Shown here: piece by piece, positions 29,359 through 39,585 of the stretch
Layout: every line of letters starts with the position of its first letter
Position numbering within the stretch: position 1 is the stretch's first letter
NCBI GenBank assembly: GCA_016861085.1
Contig: BOKR01000001.1
Coordinates: forward strand, 579,271 to 643,270
Length of the DNA stretch: 64,000 nt
From: Patescibacteria group bacterium
GTDB taxonomy: Bacteria; Patescibacteriota; Microgenomatia; UBA1400; PJMF01
Direction: 5' to 3'
Made by a program: the position numbers and the translations under genes
The notes under the pieces: model-generated
Databases searched by the model: none
Told to the model about the DNA's origin: nothing
What the model saw: the letters and a program-made list of their open reading frames with translations, nothing else

Positions 29359-30484
29359 AAAAGATCCTTAAAACATCTTTAATCGTGATTATTATAATCA
29401 AACCAAACAAAAGTATATACCCTCCATAATTAAACATGTACTCAATTCTTTGAGTTCTTTTTTTAGTAAGTAGTGATTCTAAAATCACAAAAACGGCTCT
29501 CCCTCCATCTAATGGTGGTATTGGAAGTACATTCATCACCGCAAGATTAATAGATAACATACCTGCAAAAGAGAGTACTGAATACCATCCTTCTTGAAAA
29601 ATACCTGTTGTTTGTGCTTGATGAACAATTCCAATTGGTCCTGCGACATCTTGAGTCAAACGCCCTTTTGTAAACAAATCAGTTAAGATACCGCTGAATG
29701 CTTGAACAATCTGCCAACCAAGGCCAATTGCCTGGGTGACACCATATGCTGCACTTCTAAAAGGCATCTCTAGAGCTGAATATCTAACAATAATAAAATT
29801 ATCAAATGCTATTCCCATTGCCCCTTCATCTTGAGGAGTTTCTTCTTGGGTCCTTACATATATTTCGTATTCGTTCTTTGAATCCTCGCAAATTCTCTGT
29901 TCACAATGGCCTGTTGTTACTAATGTCACAGTCTTACCTCTGTATTGATATACCAAATCGATTACCTCATTTGGTCTTGCTACAGCAAATTCTTCAGATT
30001 CATACTTTACTGCTGTGATAGTCACATCTTCTGGTAAGCCCGCTTGAGCAGCTGGAGAACCAGCAACGACCAGCCCAACTCTAGCTTCAGTAATTTCTTC
30101 AGGAATTCCCATTTTAGTGAAAACAACAGTAAACGCGATAATACCAAAAACAAAATTTACCGTAGCACCAGCTAAAATAATTACGAGCTTTTGATACACT
30201 CCAGCCTGATAGAATTGACCAGTTGGCTTCTTTTTAGCTTTACTTTCTGGCTCTGAAGAATCATTTTGGTCATCTTCACCCTGCATCCGTACAAAGCCAC
30301 CAAATGGAATCCAGTTCAGAGTAAAATCTGTATCTTTCCATCGAAATAGTTTAATTGCTTTTGGAGGATACCCTAAACCAAATTCATCAGTTTTTACCTT
30401 GGCCCATTTGGCTGCAAAAAAATGCCCAAGTTCATGAATAATGACCAAAAATGATAAAACCAATATAAAAACTAAAGCGCCCAT
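29351..30484 (-). CDS. rseP: RIP site-2 metalloprotease RseP
   Basis: 'HELGHFFAAKWAKV' HExxH zinc motif in TM1. Central PDZ-like segment. LDG motif 'LPIPPLDGG'. Confidence 0.8.
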   Translation of the reverse strand: MGALVFILVLSFLVIIHELGHFFAAKWAKVKTDEFGLGYPPKAIKLFRWKDTDFTLNWIPFGGFVRMQGEDDQNDSSEPESKAKKKPTGQFYQAGVYQKLVIILAGATVNFVFGIIAFTVVFTKMGIPEEITEARVGLVVAGSPAAQAGLPEDVTITAVKYESEEFAVARPNEVIDLVYQYRGKTVTLVTTGHCEQRICEDSKNEYEIYVRTQEETPQDEGAMGIAFDNFIIVRYSALEMPFRSAAYGVTQAIGLGWQIVQAFSGILTDLFTKGRLTQDVAGPIGIVHQAQTTGIFQEGWYSVLSFAGMLSINLAVMNVLPIPPLDGGRAVFVILESLLTKKRTQRIEYMFNYGGYILLFGLIIIITIKDVLRIFYG

Positions 30485-30499
30485 ATACGTATTGTGCTG

Positions 30500-31060
30500 T
30501 TAAATAGTTAGTAAATCTTTTTCTTTTGCTGCAGAAATTGTATCCAATTTTCCCATGTATTCTTTAATCAATTCATCAAGCTTCTGCAAATCAAACTTAA
30601 TGTCATCTTCACTTACACCCTCAGAACCTTTTCTAGATTCGACCTCTTTTTTAGCGTCAGTTCGAAGGTTTCTAAGCATAACTCTTCCACCCTCAATCTT
30701 CTTATGAAGAACCTTGACCATTTCCATTCTTTTTTCTTGGGTAAGAGGTGCGATTTGAATTCTTATTACATCACCACTCACAACTGGATTTAAATTTAAA
30801 TCAGAAGTAGCAATTGCACGTTCAATATTTGACAAGACAGATTTATCCCAGGGACTAATGACAAGTAACGTTGCATCTGGTGCTTGCACTGATGCTAATT
30901 CTGCTATTTTCATTCTAGAACCATACGCTTCTACAACCACGGGGTCGAGCAGTTGTACAGTTGCCTTACCAGTCCGTAGAGATGCTACATCTCTTGAGAC
31001 ATGATCAATAGCTTTATCTAATCTTTGCTTTACATCTGAAAAATCAAATGACATAAACAC
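30500..31060 (-). CDS. frr: Ribosome recycling factor
   Basis: 186 aa. The 'LRTGKATVQLLDPVVVEAYG' block is typical of RRF. Confidence 0.9.
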   Translation of the reverse strand: MFMSFDFSDVKQRLDKAIDHVSRDVASLRTGKATVQLLDPVVVEAYGSRMKIAELASVQAPDATLLVISPWDKSVLSNIERAIATSDLNLNPVVSGDVIRIQIAPLTQEKRMEMVKVLHKKIEGGRVMLRNLRTDAKKEVESRKGSEGVSEDDIKFDLQKLDELIKEYMGKLDTISAAKEKDLLTI

Positions 31061-31153
31061 TTTCTGTTCTATAAAAACTGTGTACCTCAGCTCCTCATTG
31101 TAACAAAGTTTGTCTCAAGATGATAGAAGCGATATACTACTAACTAAGAACGT

Positions 31154-31993
31154 ATGATATTACAACCATTTATTTCGGCTGAATACTATAAAAATGCAAT
31201 TAAAAAATCATTTATTTCTTCTGCTGGAGCTCTGTTTACTGCACTCATCTTGACTGCAATAATTGCAAGCCTTCACTTTTTAACAAAACAATGGCCAAGT
31301 ATTCAGGATACCTTTAGACAAATTATAAGCGATGTTTCACTGTATTATCCAGAAGAATTGACCTTCGAATGGAAAGAAAACAGGCTACACTCAAATGGTG
31401 ACGCCATTACTGTACCTTGGCCAAACAGTATTAGTTCTCATATTACTGCATTACCAAATCATTTCTTGTACTTTTCTAATACAGAAAAAAGCCCTCAAGA
31501 TTTGGAGATTTCTACTACCCAGTATTTGTTATTTATAAATAACATTTCTGTTTCCCATAGAAATGCTGATTTTCCTGAAGAATGGATATCACAACCACTT
31601 TCGTCCGTTTTTGTAACAGATGCGCCATTTTTTGTTGATAAACGTACTGTCTCTCAATTTAGTTCAGAGCTGCTTTCACTTATTGATCAGTCTCAATTAA
31701 GTATTGTTGCCTTTTTAGCATTTTTCTTCATGTTTGTTGGAAACGCCTTATGGTTTCTAGGTATTGAAACTATTTTGGTAATACTTTTATTTAAACTCTA
31801 TGCTTTAACACTAACCGTACAACAAACAATCAAACTTTGTATGCACGTCATGATTCCTACAATCACACTTAATACTTTAGCCACCTTATTGTATCCATCG
31901 ATTACTATTCCACTGCAAACTATTACTTTTTGGATACTTATCGTATTTTTAAGCTACTATTTCAGAAAAAAAATAGAACTGAAAGAAAATTAA
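31154..31993 (+). CDS. Hypothetical polytopic membrane protein
   Basis: Several hydrophobic helices. No recognisable motif. Confidence 0.4.
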   Translation: MILQPFISAEYYKNAIKKSFISSAGALFTALILTAIIASLHFLTKQWPSIQDTFRQIISDVSLYYPEELTFEWKENRLHSNGDAITVPWPNSISSHITALPNHFLYFSNTEKSPQDLEISTTQYLLFINNISVSHRNADFPEEWISQPLSSVFVTDAPFFVDKRTVSQFSSELLSLIDQSQLSIVAFLAFFFMFVGNALWFLGIETILVILLFKLYALTLTVQQTIKLCMHVMIPTITLNTLATLLYPSITIPLQTITFWILIVFLSYYFRKKIELKEN

Positions 31994-32373
31994 TCCTCTT
32001 TAGGATCAAGCCTCATTTGCATGTCAACAGGTGGGAAAGCCAAATCTTGTTTTGCTGGATCGGCTAGTTCTAATAACTCTTTAGCATCCTGGATTCTTCG
32101 CTGTAGCGGTCCTAATTCTTCTGTGATAATTGGTTCATCTTCTTCGACTGGAATGATCCCATTCCCGTTTTTCATGCCAACAGCGATTAAAATCAGTGCA
32201 ATAACGATTAACAGAACTCCAATAACCGCGATGATAACAAACTTTTTTTTACTTTTTGGTTTTTGAGGCAACTCGACTTCAGGTTTCTTTTCCGCATACA
32301 CTGCTTGATCTTCAAAGATTGGCTCTTCAAATGAAAACCGAGTTTGGTTGATTGGAATTTGAGTTTCGTTCAT
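31990..32373 (-). CDS. Hypothetical single-pass membrane protein
   Basis: Central TM 'FVIIAVIGVLLIVIALILIAVG' with acidic flanks. Confidence 0.35.
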   Translation of the reverse strand: MNETQIPINQTRFSFEEPIFEDQAVYAEKKPEVELPQKPKSKKKFVIIAVIGVLLIVIALILIAVGMKNGNGIIPVEEDEPIITEELGPLQRRIQDAKELLELADPAKQDLAFPPVDMQMRLDPKED

Positions 32374-32379
32374 AGTTAG

Positions 32380-33294
32380 TTATAGTGTGATTAACTCCTC
32401 CAAGTGATCTAATGATCTGGAAATCTGAGCAAATACTGGAGATAAGTCTTCTAATATATTTTCATAAAAGCCTCTAGAAAATCCTTCTCTTCTTGCAAAT
32501 AAAAACAGTTCGTTGAGTGTTACAAGTCCTGCTGTAATCTCTTCAAAATTGCGTTCAATTTCTTCGTACGCGCGCTCCCTTTTAGAAGTTCTGGCATCTG
32601 AAACCTGTTGAGATTCGTGTTCGGCAATGATATCTGTTTCAATTATTTGGGCTTTATCATGAACCTCCTGAATTTTACCAATCCTAATGAGTGACAAAGC
32701 TTTATAGACAGCACTTTGATACGAAACAGAAATCGGCTCAAATTCATCTGCAAGAAATGCCATGGCTTGTCTGTCTTTGGAAATAACTATATTCTCTTGA
32801 TGGATTTTTATTGCGTTAATTAAACCAAACAGCTCAGTGTGAGACTGATTTTTTAAATCCAGTTCAACACCATTTGTCTCTGTCAAAACAGCGTCAACTA
32901 ATTCTAGATAAGTAACTAAAACTCTGGACCTATCCATCATCACCGTTTGAGTAGCTTTTACCGCTTCTTCTAATGCAGACAAAGTCTGGACTTGCTGATA
33001 GTTAGTCTTAGCAATAGTAAAAGCTTTTTCCGAATTTCGATATACCTCAACTTGGTCTCGATATAGAGTTCTCAATTCACGGATGCGTTCAGTTTCTCTT
33101 TCTTTAGTAAAAATTTCAGAGCCAGATTCCGTTGCAACAGAAACTGCCTCCAGGTTTTCAGATTGTGCCAACACGACAGTGCCAAAAAAAGCAAAAAAAC
33201 TGAAAATTAGTATTGCTAAAAATGCTTTTTTAATCATCATACCTGGCCCGTATTTAGTTGTTTTTATTTTTTGCAAGTTCACGTTCTCGGGCAA
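32380..33294 (-). CDS. Hypothetical secreted coiled-coil protein
   Basis: Signal peptide ('[24 protein letters not shown]') then a helical, E/R-rich sequence. Confidence 0.4.
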   Translation of the reverse strand: MPENVNLQKIKTTKYGPGMMIKKAFLAILIFSFFAFFGTVVLAQSENLEAVSVATESGSEIFTKERETERIRELRTLYRDQVEVYRNSEKAFTIAKTNYQQVQTLSALEEAVKATQTVMMDRSRVLVTYLELVDAVLTETNGVELDLKNQSHTELFGLINAIKIHQENIVISKDRQAMAFLADEFEPISVSYQSAVYKALSLIRIGKIQEVHDKAQIIETDIIAEHESQQVSDARTSKRERAYEEIERNFEEITAGLVTLNELFLFARREGFSRGFYENILEDLSPVFAQISRSLDHLEELITL

Positions 33295-33982
33295 AAACTA
33301 TTGCTTCATGCAAAGACTCAAAAGTACCCGTATCAAGCCATTTTCCCTCAACAAATGCTACATCCAAGGTTCCTTCTTTTAAGTATACATTATTTAAGTC
33401 TGTAATTTCTAGTTCACCTCTCGGGCTTGGCTGTAACGACTTAGCCTTTGCAACAACAGTCTTATCATAGATATACATTCCGGTAACTGCATAGTTTGAT
33501 TTCGCGACCTTTGGTTTCTCTTCTATTGAAATAACTTTATGGTTCTCATCAAATTCAGCAACACCAAATCGTTCTGGATCAGGTACTTCTTTAATAAACA
33601 CACGGCCACCTGACTGGAATGACTGAATAGCTACACTAAAGTCATCTTCATATAAGTTATCACCAAGAATTAGGGTTACACTGTCATCTCCAACAAAATT
33701 TTCGCCAATAATAAATGCCTGCGCTAAGCCCTCTGGTTTATCCTGAATTTCATAGGTAAATTTGCATCCAAATTCTTTTCCACTCCCCAAAAGCTTTAAA
33801 AAATCACCAGCATGGTCTGGAGCCACAATGATTAGAATGTCTTTAATTCCTGCTTTGAGCAAGGTCTCAAGAGGATAATAGATCATTGGTTTATTATAAA
33901 TTGGCAATAATTGTTTACTTGTAACCTGAGTTAATGGACGTAATCGAGTACCTGAACCTCCAGCAAGAATAATACCCTTCAT
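33254..33982 (-). CDS. Sugar-1-phosphate nucleotidyltransferase, short RmlA-type (glucose-1-phosphate thymidylyltransferase-like)
   Basis: '[18 protein letters not shown]...[19 protein letters not shown]' is the canonical RmlA N-terminus. 242 aa short form. Confidence 0.7.
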   Translation of the reverse strand: MKGIILAGGSGTRLRPLTQVTSKQLLPIYNKPMIYYPLETLLKAGIKDILIIVAPDHAGDFLKLLGSGKEFGCKFTYEIQDKPEGLAQAFIIGENFVGDDSVTLILGDNLYEDDFSVAIQSFQSGGRVFIKEVPDPERFGVAEFDENHKVISIEEKPKVAKSNYAVTGMYIYDKTVVAKAKSLQPSPRGELEITDLNNVYLKEGTLDVAFVEGKWLDTGTFESLHEAIVFARERELAKNKNN

Positions 33983-34023
33983 ATGAACTCCTTTTTGTTA
34001 TTATTTTGATCCCTAGTGTACCA

Positions 34024-34281
34024 TTAGTTGAGCAAAAGTAGTAAGAGAGAAACCGCTAAAATTGCAATTGCTAGGTACTCAAAAACAACCTTCGAATTGA
34101 TATGTTTCATATTTTTGTGAACTATTACACCCCACAAAAAATAGAACATTCCCAAGCAAATAACTAGGATTCTTTGTTGCGCTCTATCTGGCCAAAAGTG
34201 CATAAATAAAACTATGAATCCAATCAAAACAAAAGCCAGGACTGCGTACGCGATTTTGTGAGACTTAATTTCTTCTATCAT
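34024..34281 (-). CDS. Small 2-TM membrane protein
   Basis: 85 aa with two hydrophobic helices. Overlaps the upstream gene stop by 4 nt. Confidence 0.3.
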   Translation of the reverse strand: MIEEIKSHKIAYAVLAFVLIGFIVLFMHFWPDRAQQRILVICLGMFYFLWGVIVHKNMKHINSKVVFEYLAIAILAVSLLLLLLN

Positions 34282-35267
34282 GGTCCAACTACTCCACCCT
34301 TAAAGGCAATTATTATATATAGTACGGTGAGAAATAACAAAATATGTGCAACATTTTTTCCAACAAATCTGACAGAGTTTTTGTGTCCTGCCACAAGAGC
34401 ATCATACACAAGAACAGTAAGTAAAATTATAATTATGCTCAGAAAAAACGCTTTTAGTACATGTTGCGGAGAATAGAGTATCCCATTTGTCAAAGTACCC
34501 TGAGGAACTGCAGCCTCTGCAAGAACTTCTGTTGGTTCATCAACTTTTTCTTCAAGCTCAGCCGGAGCTAGCTCTGTTTCGCTTTCAGTTATGGTCTCAA
34601 TCCCATTGACTGTAGTACTGGTTGCTATTGCTGGAACGGCTATACTTGGTTCTTTGGCTACTGCTTGGGTATCTGGAGTTCCAAACATTTGAACCACTAA
34701 CGTAGTCTCAACCCCATTCAGCTGACCATCTACAACAGCAATCCCAATTTCCTCGTACCTGGGATTCATAATGTTTGCCCTATGAGTTGGTGAATTCATC
34801 CAAGCATCCATCATTGGTATTGTAGTATCAAAGTCACGAGCTAGGTTCTCCCCAGCAATTCTGTATGTGTAACCAGCAGATTTAATAAAATCCCAAGGTT
34901 CTTTACCAGAGGGGGAAGTGTGTGCCCAATACCCTTCAGAGAACATGTTTTGGGCCTTTGCGATTGCAGCTTGAGCTAATTTTGTATCGTAAGAAAGTGC
35001 TTGTAATCCCGAACCAGCCCTTAGACTATTTGTTGCTTCTACAACCTGAGATACAGTAATATTAGAAGCGTAACCCAAAATACTTCCAGATAGAGGATGA
35101 ATTTTGGCAGTAAACCATACTAGCTGGGAAAATCCTAGTGCAATAAGTGATAAGAAAAATAACGGTCGAGGATGCAAAAACTTCGGTCTGTGGTTATTTG
35201 ACCGTTGTGGATGAAACAAATGTTTTATAACTTTTAACAATTGCACGTCAATTCTTTTCATATTCAT
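34278..35267 (-). CDS. CAP/SCP (PR-1-like) domain protein, membrane-anchored
   Basis: N-terminal TM. CAP signature region 'GYTYRIAGENLARDF...AWMNSPTHRANIMNPRYEEIGIAVV'. C-terminal TM. Confidence 0.65.
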   Translation of the reverse strand: MNMKRIDVQLLKVIKHLFHPQRSNNHRPKFLHPRPLFFLSLIALGFSQLVWFTAKIHPLSGSILGYASNITVSQVVEATNSLRAGSGLQALSYDTKLAQAAIAKAQNMFSEGYWAHTSPSGKEPWDFIKSAGYTYRIAGENLARDFDTTIPMMDAWMNSPTHRANIMNPRYEEIGIAVVDGQLNGVETTLVVQMFGTPDTQAVAKEPSIAVPAIATSTTVNGIETITESETELAPAELEEKVDEPTEVLAEAAVPQGTLTNGILYSPQHVLKAFFLSIIIILLTVLVYDALVAGHKNSVRFVGKNVAHILLFLTVLYIIIAFKGGVVGP

Positions 35268-35288
35268 TATGATAAGAAATTATTTTTG

Positions 35289-36422
35289 TTACAAGGGGTA
35301 TTCAAGCGAATGGTTTTGCAAAATATACTCACAGACACCTAACATTGTGCAGATTTTTATTGACACATAACTTTGGCCACTGGGAATATTCTCAAATACT
35401 AAGTTAGTCTGAATTACCGCACTTGAAGCTTGCACTGGAACATTGGCTTGCACGTATTGATGCTGTTGTTTTTCTTGTAGTTGTTGAGCTTGATCCCAAT
35501 GTAACTGAGTATTGATTGGGTTTTGTGAAATTCTTGCATCAAAGTATTTTACGGAGTCAGTATCGTTTTGATATTGAATTTGAGTTGAAAGTTCATGGTC
35601 AGTTTCGATAAATGCTTGCACAAAAAATTGTGATGCCCCCAATTCCAATTGTTGTGATACATGCAAAAACTGCGTTGTTTCAATATTATTAAACAAATCT
35701 ACTGACCAAAAAGCAACTTGTGTACCTAAAAAATCTGGAGGTAAAGTGTATGTAAACTCTTGACCACTAGAATCAATAGTTTCCAACTCTACCTGAATTG
35801 TTTCTTCTTGGTTGTTTCTAAAAACTCTGTGAGAAACAAACAGTGACTGAACAGGTTTATCTGCAATAAACTGTATGAAATCATAGGGGGTTGCAAATAA
35901 CTTAGTTGTGGTAACCTCTCTTAACTCAAGACTTGGCAGATGGAGTTCATCAAACGTATTCTGAACTGTAAATAACAGATCATATTCTCCAGATGTAAGA
36001 GCAAACTGAGATACATCTACAAATGCAGTATGCCATTCAGTATTGTAATTAGTTCTTACAATTTGTAAAACAGAAACTTGCCCAATTGAAACTATGACTG
36101 CTGGCTCATCAAACAATCTTGCTGTCTCTTCGCTTTGTAATTTATACTGAAATGATAAAAACTGGGGATGATTTGTATCAATGCTAATTTGAAAGTGTTC
36201 ACCACTCTCATCACTATATGAACTCACTGCCTCTTGGTTTGAATATGTGAGATCGCCCTGTAGTAAATATGCTTGGGTCTGGGCTGGGACCCATTCACCG
36301 ATCTTGAATGTGTTTTCAGGCCCAGTAAATGAACCATTGAAAAATGCCGATGAAATATACGACCCTGAGACAACCACTATTGCAAAAATAATTAACAACG
36401 TAATTAAGATTTTATTTTTCAT
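35289..36422 (-). CDS. Secreted protein with SipW-cognate-class signal peptide
   Basis: 'MKNKILITLLIIFAIVVVSGSYISSAFFNGSFTGPENTFKIGEW' matches the 'AxAFFSD..S..NTFTAG' SipW-cognate pattern. Directly downstream of sipW with an overlapping stop/start. Confidence 0.5.
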   Translation of the reverse strand: MKNKILITLLIIFAIVVVSGSYISSAFFNGSFTGPENTFKIGEWVPAQTQAYLLQGDLTYSNQEAVSSYSDESGEHFQISIDTNHPQFLSFQYKLQSEETARLFDEPAVIVSIGQVSVLQIVRTNYNTEWHTAFVDVSQFALTSGEYDLLFTVQNTFDELHLPSLELREVTTTKLFATPYDFIQFIADKPVQSLFVSHRVFRNNQEETIQVELETIDSSGQEFTYTLPPDFLGTQVAFWSVDLFNNIETTQFLHVSQQLELGASQFFVQAFIETDHELSTQIQYQNDTDSVKYFDARISQNPINTQLHWDQAQQLQEKQQHQYVQANVPVQASSAVIQTNLVFENIPSGQSYVSIKICTMLGVCEYILQNHSLEYPL

Positions 36423-36879
36423 ATGATTTTTTCATTACAGAAGTAAGCTTCTGTGTAGTTTTATGTGTCAAATATGCTATGAGCAAAAAAACAAAACACA
36501 TTCTCATGTATCTTGATTGAACGAATAAAACAAAATAGCCAATTTTTGGAATGATTCCAATGATTTTTCCAATTATGTTTTCTTTAGTGATAACTCGTAA
36601 ATCTGCTACCGCATTAGCATCACCCTGTGTTTCAAACCCAACTCCATTTTTTATTGCAACTATTCTATGTGTGGCAATGAATGTATCTGCTTTAAAACTA
36701 ACAATATCTTGCAGAGCATAGTGCTCCTGGCCCTTGGCCAGGAGCACATCGCCAACCCCAAAAGTAGGTTGCATTGAGTTGGAGGTAACAACTAAAAGCT
36801 GAATCTGAAACAGATATGCTAAAAGCACACTCATCACAAAAATACTCAACAGTATCAAAAGTGTCATTTGTGCTTTCAT
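36412..36879 (-). CDS. sipW: Signal peptidase I, archaeal/ER-type (SipW-like, S26B)
   Basis: 'VVTSNSMQPTFGVGDVLL' (SxSMxP catalytic Ser box), 'ATHRIV', 'TQGDAN'. 155 aa with N- and C-terminal TM helices. Confidence 0.7.
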   Translation of the reverse strand: MKAQMTLLILLSIFVMSVLLAYLFQIQLLVVTSNSMQPTFGVGDVLLAKGQEHYALQDIVSFKADTFIATHRIVAIKNGVGFETQGDANAVADLRVITKENIIGKIIGIIPKIGYFVLFVQSRYMRMCFVFLLIAYLTHKTTQKLTSVMKKSYEK

Positions 36880-36903
36880 ACTCTAACCTTCCACACAAGT
36901 TCT

Positions 36904-37521
36904 CTAATAGGTTGCTGGCCAACTGGAACTACCTGTTATTTGTCTTCCTGCTATATGCAAACTTGTTACAAATGTTTGGTTCTGATACTCGTCTGGAGCA
37001 GTCTCACTCAATTGGACTGTTAATCGAAACGCTGCTACTTCTTGAGGTTCTAATGCTAATAACGAGTTTTCAGTTCCGTCTGCGCTCAAATAAAATTCTT
37101 GTCCTATTACCCCACCATTTTGAGTTACTTGAATCCAATTTTCTCCTTCTTTCCTTTCAATTGCGATTATTTCAACAATTTCTGGATCTAAATTGGGTTC
37201 ACTCCATGCTCCGTGCAAATATCCTTTTATCTCAACTGGCATTGAGCCAGTATTTTCAACGGCAAATTCCAAAACCTGTTGTTCTCCTGGTCTCCAATCA
37301 CTTACTGAAAGTACTGAATCCTGATTTACAGCTACTGAAACAGTTCCAGAGGTCAAGACATTCTCCGGAGAACTATTTACATCGGTAAAAAACGCTTTTG
37401 TTACTACAAACGCAAAAACTGATACTAGAGCGATAATCAACAGCGGTGTATTGATTTTCGAAATTTTTGAGAGTTTTGTAAATCTCATATTTTTCTTTCT
37501 TCTTATTGATACTGCTGCCAA
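36904..37521 (-). CDS. TasA/camelysin-like secreted protein with SipW-cognate signal peptide
   Basis: '…LLIIALVSVFAFVVTKAFFTDVNSSPENVLTSGTVSV' SipW-cognate motif, then a beta-rich domain. Likely true start at M12 (37488). Confidence 0.55.
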   Translation of the reverse strand: MAAVSIRRKKNMRFTKLSKISKINTPLLIIALVSVFAFVVTKAFFTDVNSSPENVLTSGTVSVAVNQDSVLSVSDWRPGEQQVLEFAVENTGSMPVEIKGYLHGAWSEPNLDPEIVEIIAIERKEGENWIQVTQNGGVIGQEFYLSADGTENSLLALEPQEVAAFRLTVQLSETAPDEYQNQTFVTSLHIAGRQITGSSSWPATY

Positions 37522-37566
37522 TCATACGTACACAATCTTACATTTAGCTGTCATAATGAACACAAC

Positions 37567-37968
37567 ATGCAATACAATCAACTTACCCAACAAGAAAAAG
37601 AAGTAATAGAAAACAACGGCACAGAACGCCCCTTTACTGGAGAATACGATAATTTTTATCTTCCCGGTACTTTTATTTGTCGAAAATGTAATGCCCCACT
37701 TTTTTCATCAAAAGCTAAATTTGACGCCCACTGCGGCTGGCCAGCATTCGATGCAAATTTTCCTAATGCTGTGCAAAGGTTGACTGATGCAGACGGAACT
37801 AGAACTGAAATTCGATGTGCCAACTGTGATGGTCACCTTGGCCATGTGTTTGAGGGTGAAGAATTTACAAAAACAAATACTCGCCATTGTGTGAACTCAC
37901 TCTCAATCAAATTCATAAAAGAAGGTGAAAAACTACCAACCGTTATAAAGAAAAATCAAAATGACTGA
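37567..37968 (+). CDS. msrB: Peptide methionine-(R)-S-oxide reductase MsrB
   Basis: Two CxxC pairs plus 'CGWPAF' and 'RCANCDGHLGHVFEGE' catalytic-Cys (not Sec) region. Confidence 0.85.
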   Translation: MQYNQLTQQEKEVIENNGTERPFTGEYDNFYLPGTFICRKCNAPLFSSKAKFDAHCGWPAFDANFPNAVQRLTDADGTRTEIRCANCDGHLGHVFEGEEFTKTNTRHCVNSLSIKFIKEGEKLPTVIKKNQND

Positions 37969-38488
37969 AACTGCAACATTCGCAAATGGCTGTTTTTGGT
38001 GCACTGAGGCACTATTTCAACAACTCAAAGGAGTAACTTCGGTAATTCCTGGCTACACTGGTGGAAAAAGAAAAAATCCAACCTACGAACAAGTATCAAC
38101 TGGGGTAAGTGGTCATGCTGAGGCAATCCAAATTACTTTTGACCCAACTATCATCTCTTACGAAACGCTTCTCGATGTATTTTGGCACACACATAACCCA
38201 ACTACCCTTAACAAACAAGGATTTGATGTTGGTACACAATATAGATCGGCTATTTTTTATCATGATGAAAAACAAAAAGAAATTGCTGAAAAATCATTAC
38301 AAGCAATTAAAAAAGAGGGAGTCTACGCTGACCCAATAGTAACCGAAATTACTCAATTTGATGTTTTTTATCCTGCAGAAAATTATCACAAAGACTATTA
38401 CAAAAAGCATCCTGACGCACCATACTGCACAATTGTCATTAAACCGAAGCTTGAAAAGTTCTGGAAAAGATACAAACACCTGATATAA
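37961..38488 (+). CDS. msrA: Peptide methionine-(S)-S-oxide reductase MsrA
   Basis: 'ATFANGCFWCTEALFQ' GCFWC active site. 8-nt overlap with msrB. Confidence 0.85.
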   Translation: MTETATFANGCFWCTEALFQQLKGVTSVIPGYTGGKRKNPTYEQVSTGVSGHAEAIQITFDPTIISYETLLDVFWHTHNPTTLNKQGFDVGTQYRSAIFYHDEKQKEIAEKSLQAIKKEGVYADPIVTEITQFDVFYPAENYHKDYYKKHPDAPYCTIVIKPKLEKFWKRYKHLI

Positions 38489-38515
38489 TAGTACTTCAAT
38501 TTAATTTTGCAACTA

Positions 38516-38587
38516 GGCCCCATCGTCTATCGGTTAGGACGACAGGTTCTCATCCTGTAAAGCGCAGTTCGATTCTGCGTGGGGTCA
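38516..38587 (+). tRNA. tRNA-Glu (anticodon CUC)
   Basis: Acceptor GGCCCCA/UGGGGUC, D-stem GUCU/GGAC, anticodon stem ACAGG/CCUGU with loop UUCUCAU, T-arm CGCAG-UUCGAUU-CUGCG, discriminator A. Confidence 0.85.
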
Positions 38588-38607
38588 CAAAAACACTCAT
38601 TCAAAAC

Positions 38608-39075
38608 TTATTTTAATATTTTAACTGTGTACTGAATTTCCTCATTGTCATAGTAACCTTTTAAAACAGCTCTCAAGCCGCTGAGTTCTATTAAGCCACT
38701 AAAAGGACCTTCTTCACCAGGATCTGCATTTTGATGATATCCATCACGAATGTATTTTTTTTCTTTGTCGATCTTGAACCAAGGAACTACATCACTGTTA
38801 TCACCTACACTATCGCTGAAATTTATTGAATATTGTTGTGTTGCTTCTCTTTGCAACTCTGCACTAAAGACACCATTATTTGATCTAACTTCTAATACGA
38901 TTCGTTCACTTTCTTGATCAAAGTGAACTATGCTCAGTGTATAAGTTACTTCATGATTTTTATCTTGCCATGAGTAAGAAACTCGAGTTCTAAAAACACT
39001 TCCATGAATGTCTGTTACATTAGAATTTCTTACATGACCAAATACCGCGATGATTGCTGCTGTTTCTGCTTTCAT
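38608..39075 (-). CDS. Hypothetical protein
   Basis: 155 aa with a strong SD 'AGGAGAAG'. No recognisable domain. Confidence 0.4.
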   Translation of the reverse strand: MKAETAAIIAVFGHVRNSNVTDIHGSVFRTRVSYSWQDKNHEVTYTLSIVHFDQESERIVLEVRSNNGVFSAELQREATQQYSINFSDSVGDNSDVVPWFKIDKEKKYIRDGYHQNADPGEEGPFSGLIELSGLRAVLKGYYDNEEIQYTVKILK

Positions 39076-39258
39076 ACTTCTCCTAACTGATTGAGCTATT
39101 AAATATTAGTTATCAACACAAAAGCACTACAATACTCAAAAAAATGCTGCTTCAACCTATCATACCGGATAAATTTAAATTCGTAACACACAGTTAACAA
39201 AAAAAACAGGATTTTGCTTTTTTTCACCTTGAATAAACTCAATACCAGTTCATAATAT

Positions 39259-39585
39259 ATGAATATGAATTCATATAAATGCTGTGAGGATGCAAGCGAT
39301 GAAAATAAACACATTCTTTCTCAACTCTCACTAATAAAACTCCTTTCAGATAAAAATAGGTTACAGATACTGTGCATATTGAACTCACAAAGTCATCCAG
39401 TGAACGAGTTGGTTACGCATCTACAAACCTCTCAAAGTTTAGTTTCCCACCACTTAATTGCACTCAAGAAACTTTCTTTAGTGAAACATGAAAAATCTGG
39501 GAGACAAGTGATATATTCCCTGTCAAAAAAAGGAAAAGAGGTTATTAAATTACTGAAACTACTAAGTAGTAAGGAGCAAAGATGA
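39259..39585 (+). CDS. arsR: ArsR/SmtB-family metalloregulator
   Basis: HTH 'VNELVTHLQTSQSLVSHHLIALKKLSLV'. N-terminal CC pair. 108 aa. A perfect 14-bp palindrome overlaps the start. Confidence 0.7.
   Translation: MNMNSYKCCEDASDENKHILSQLSLIKLLSDKNRLQILCILNSQSHPVNELVTHLQTSQSLVSHHLIALKKLSLVKHEKSGRQVIYSLSKKGKEVIKLLKLLSSKEQR

Noticed and set aside
36698-37388. Plus-strand 190-aa ORF and minus-strand 74-aa ORF overlapping sipW/tasA-like genes
   Set aside because: They are entirely antisense or nested within well-supported motif-bearing genes. They are Leu/Ser-rich, typical of antisense frames in AT-rich DNA.
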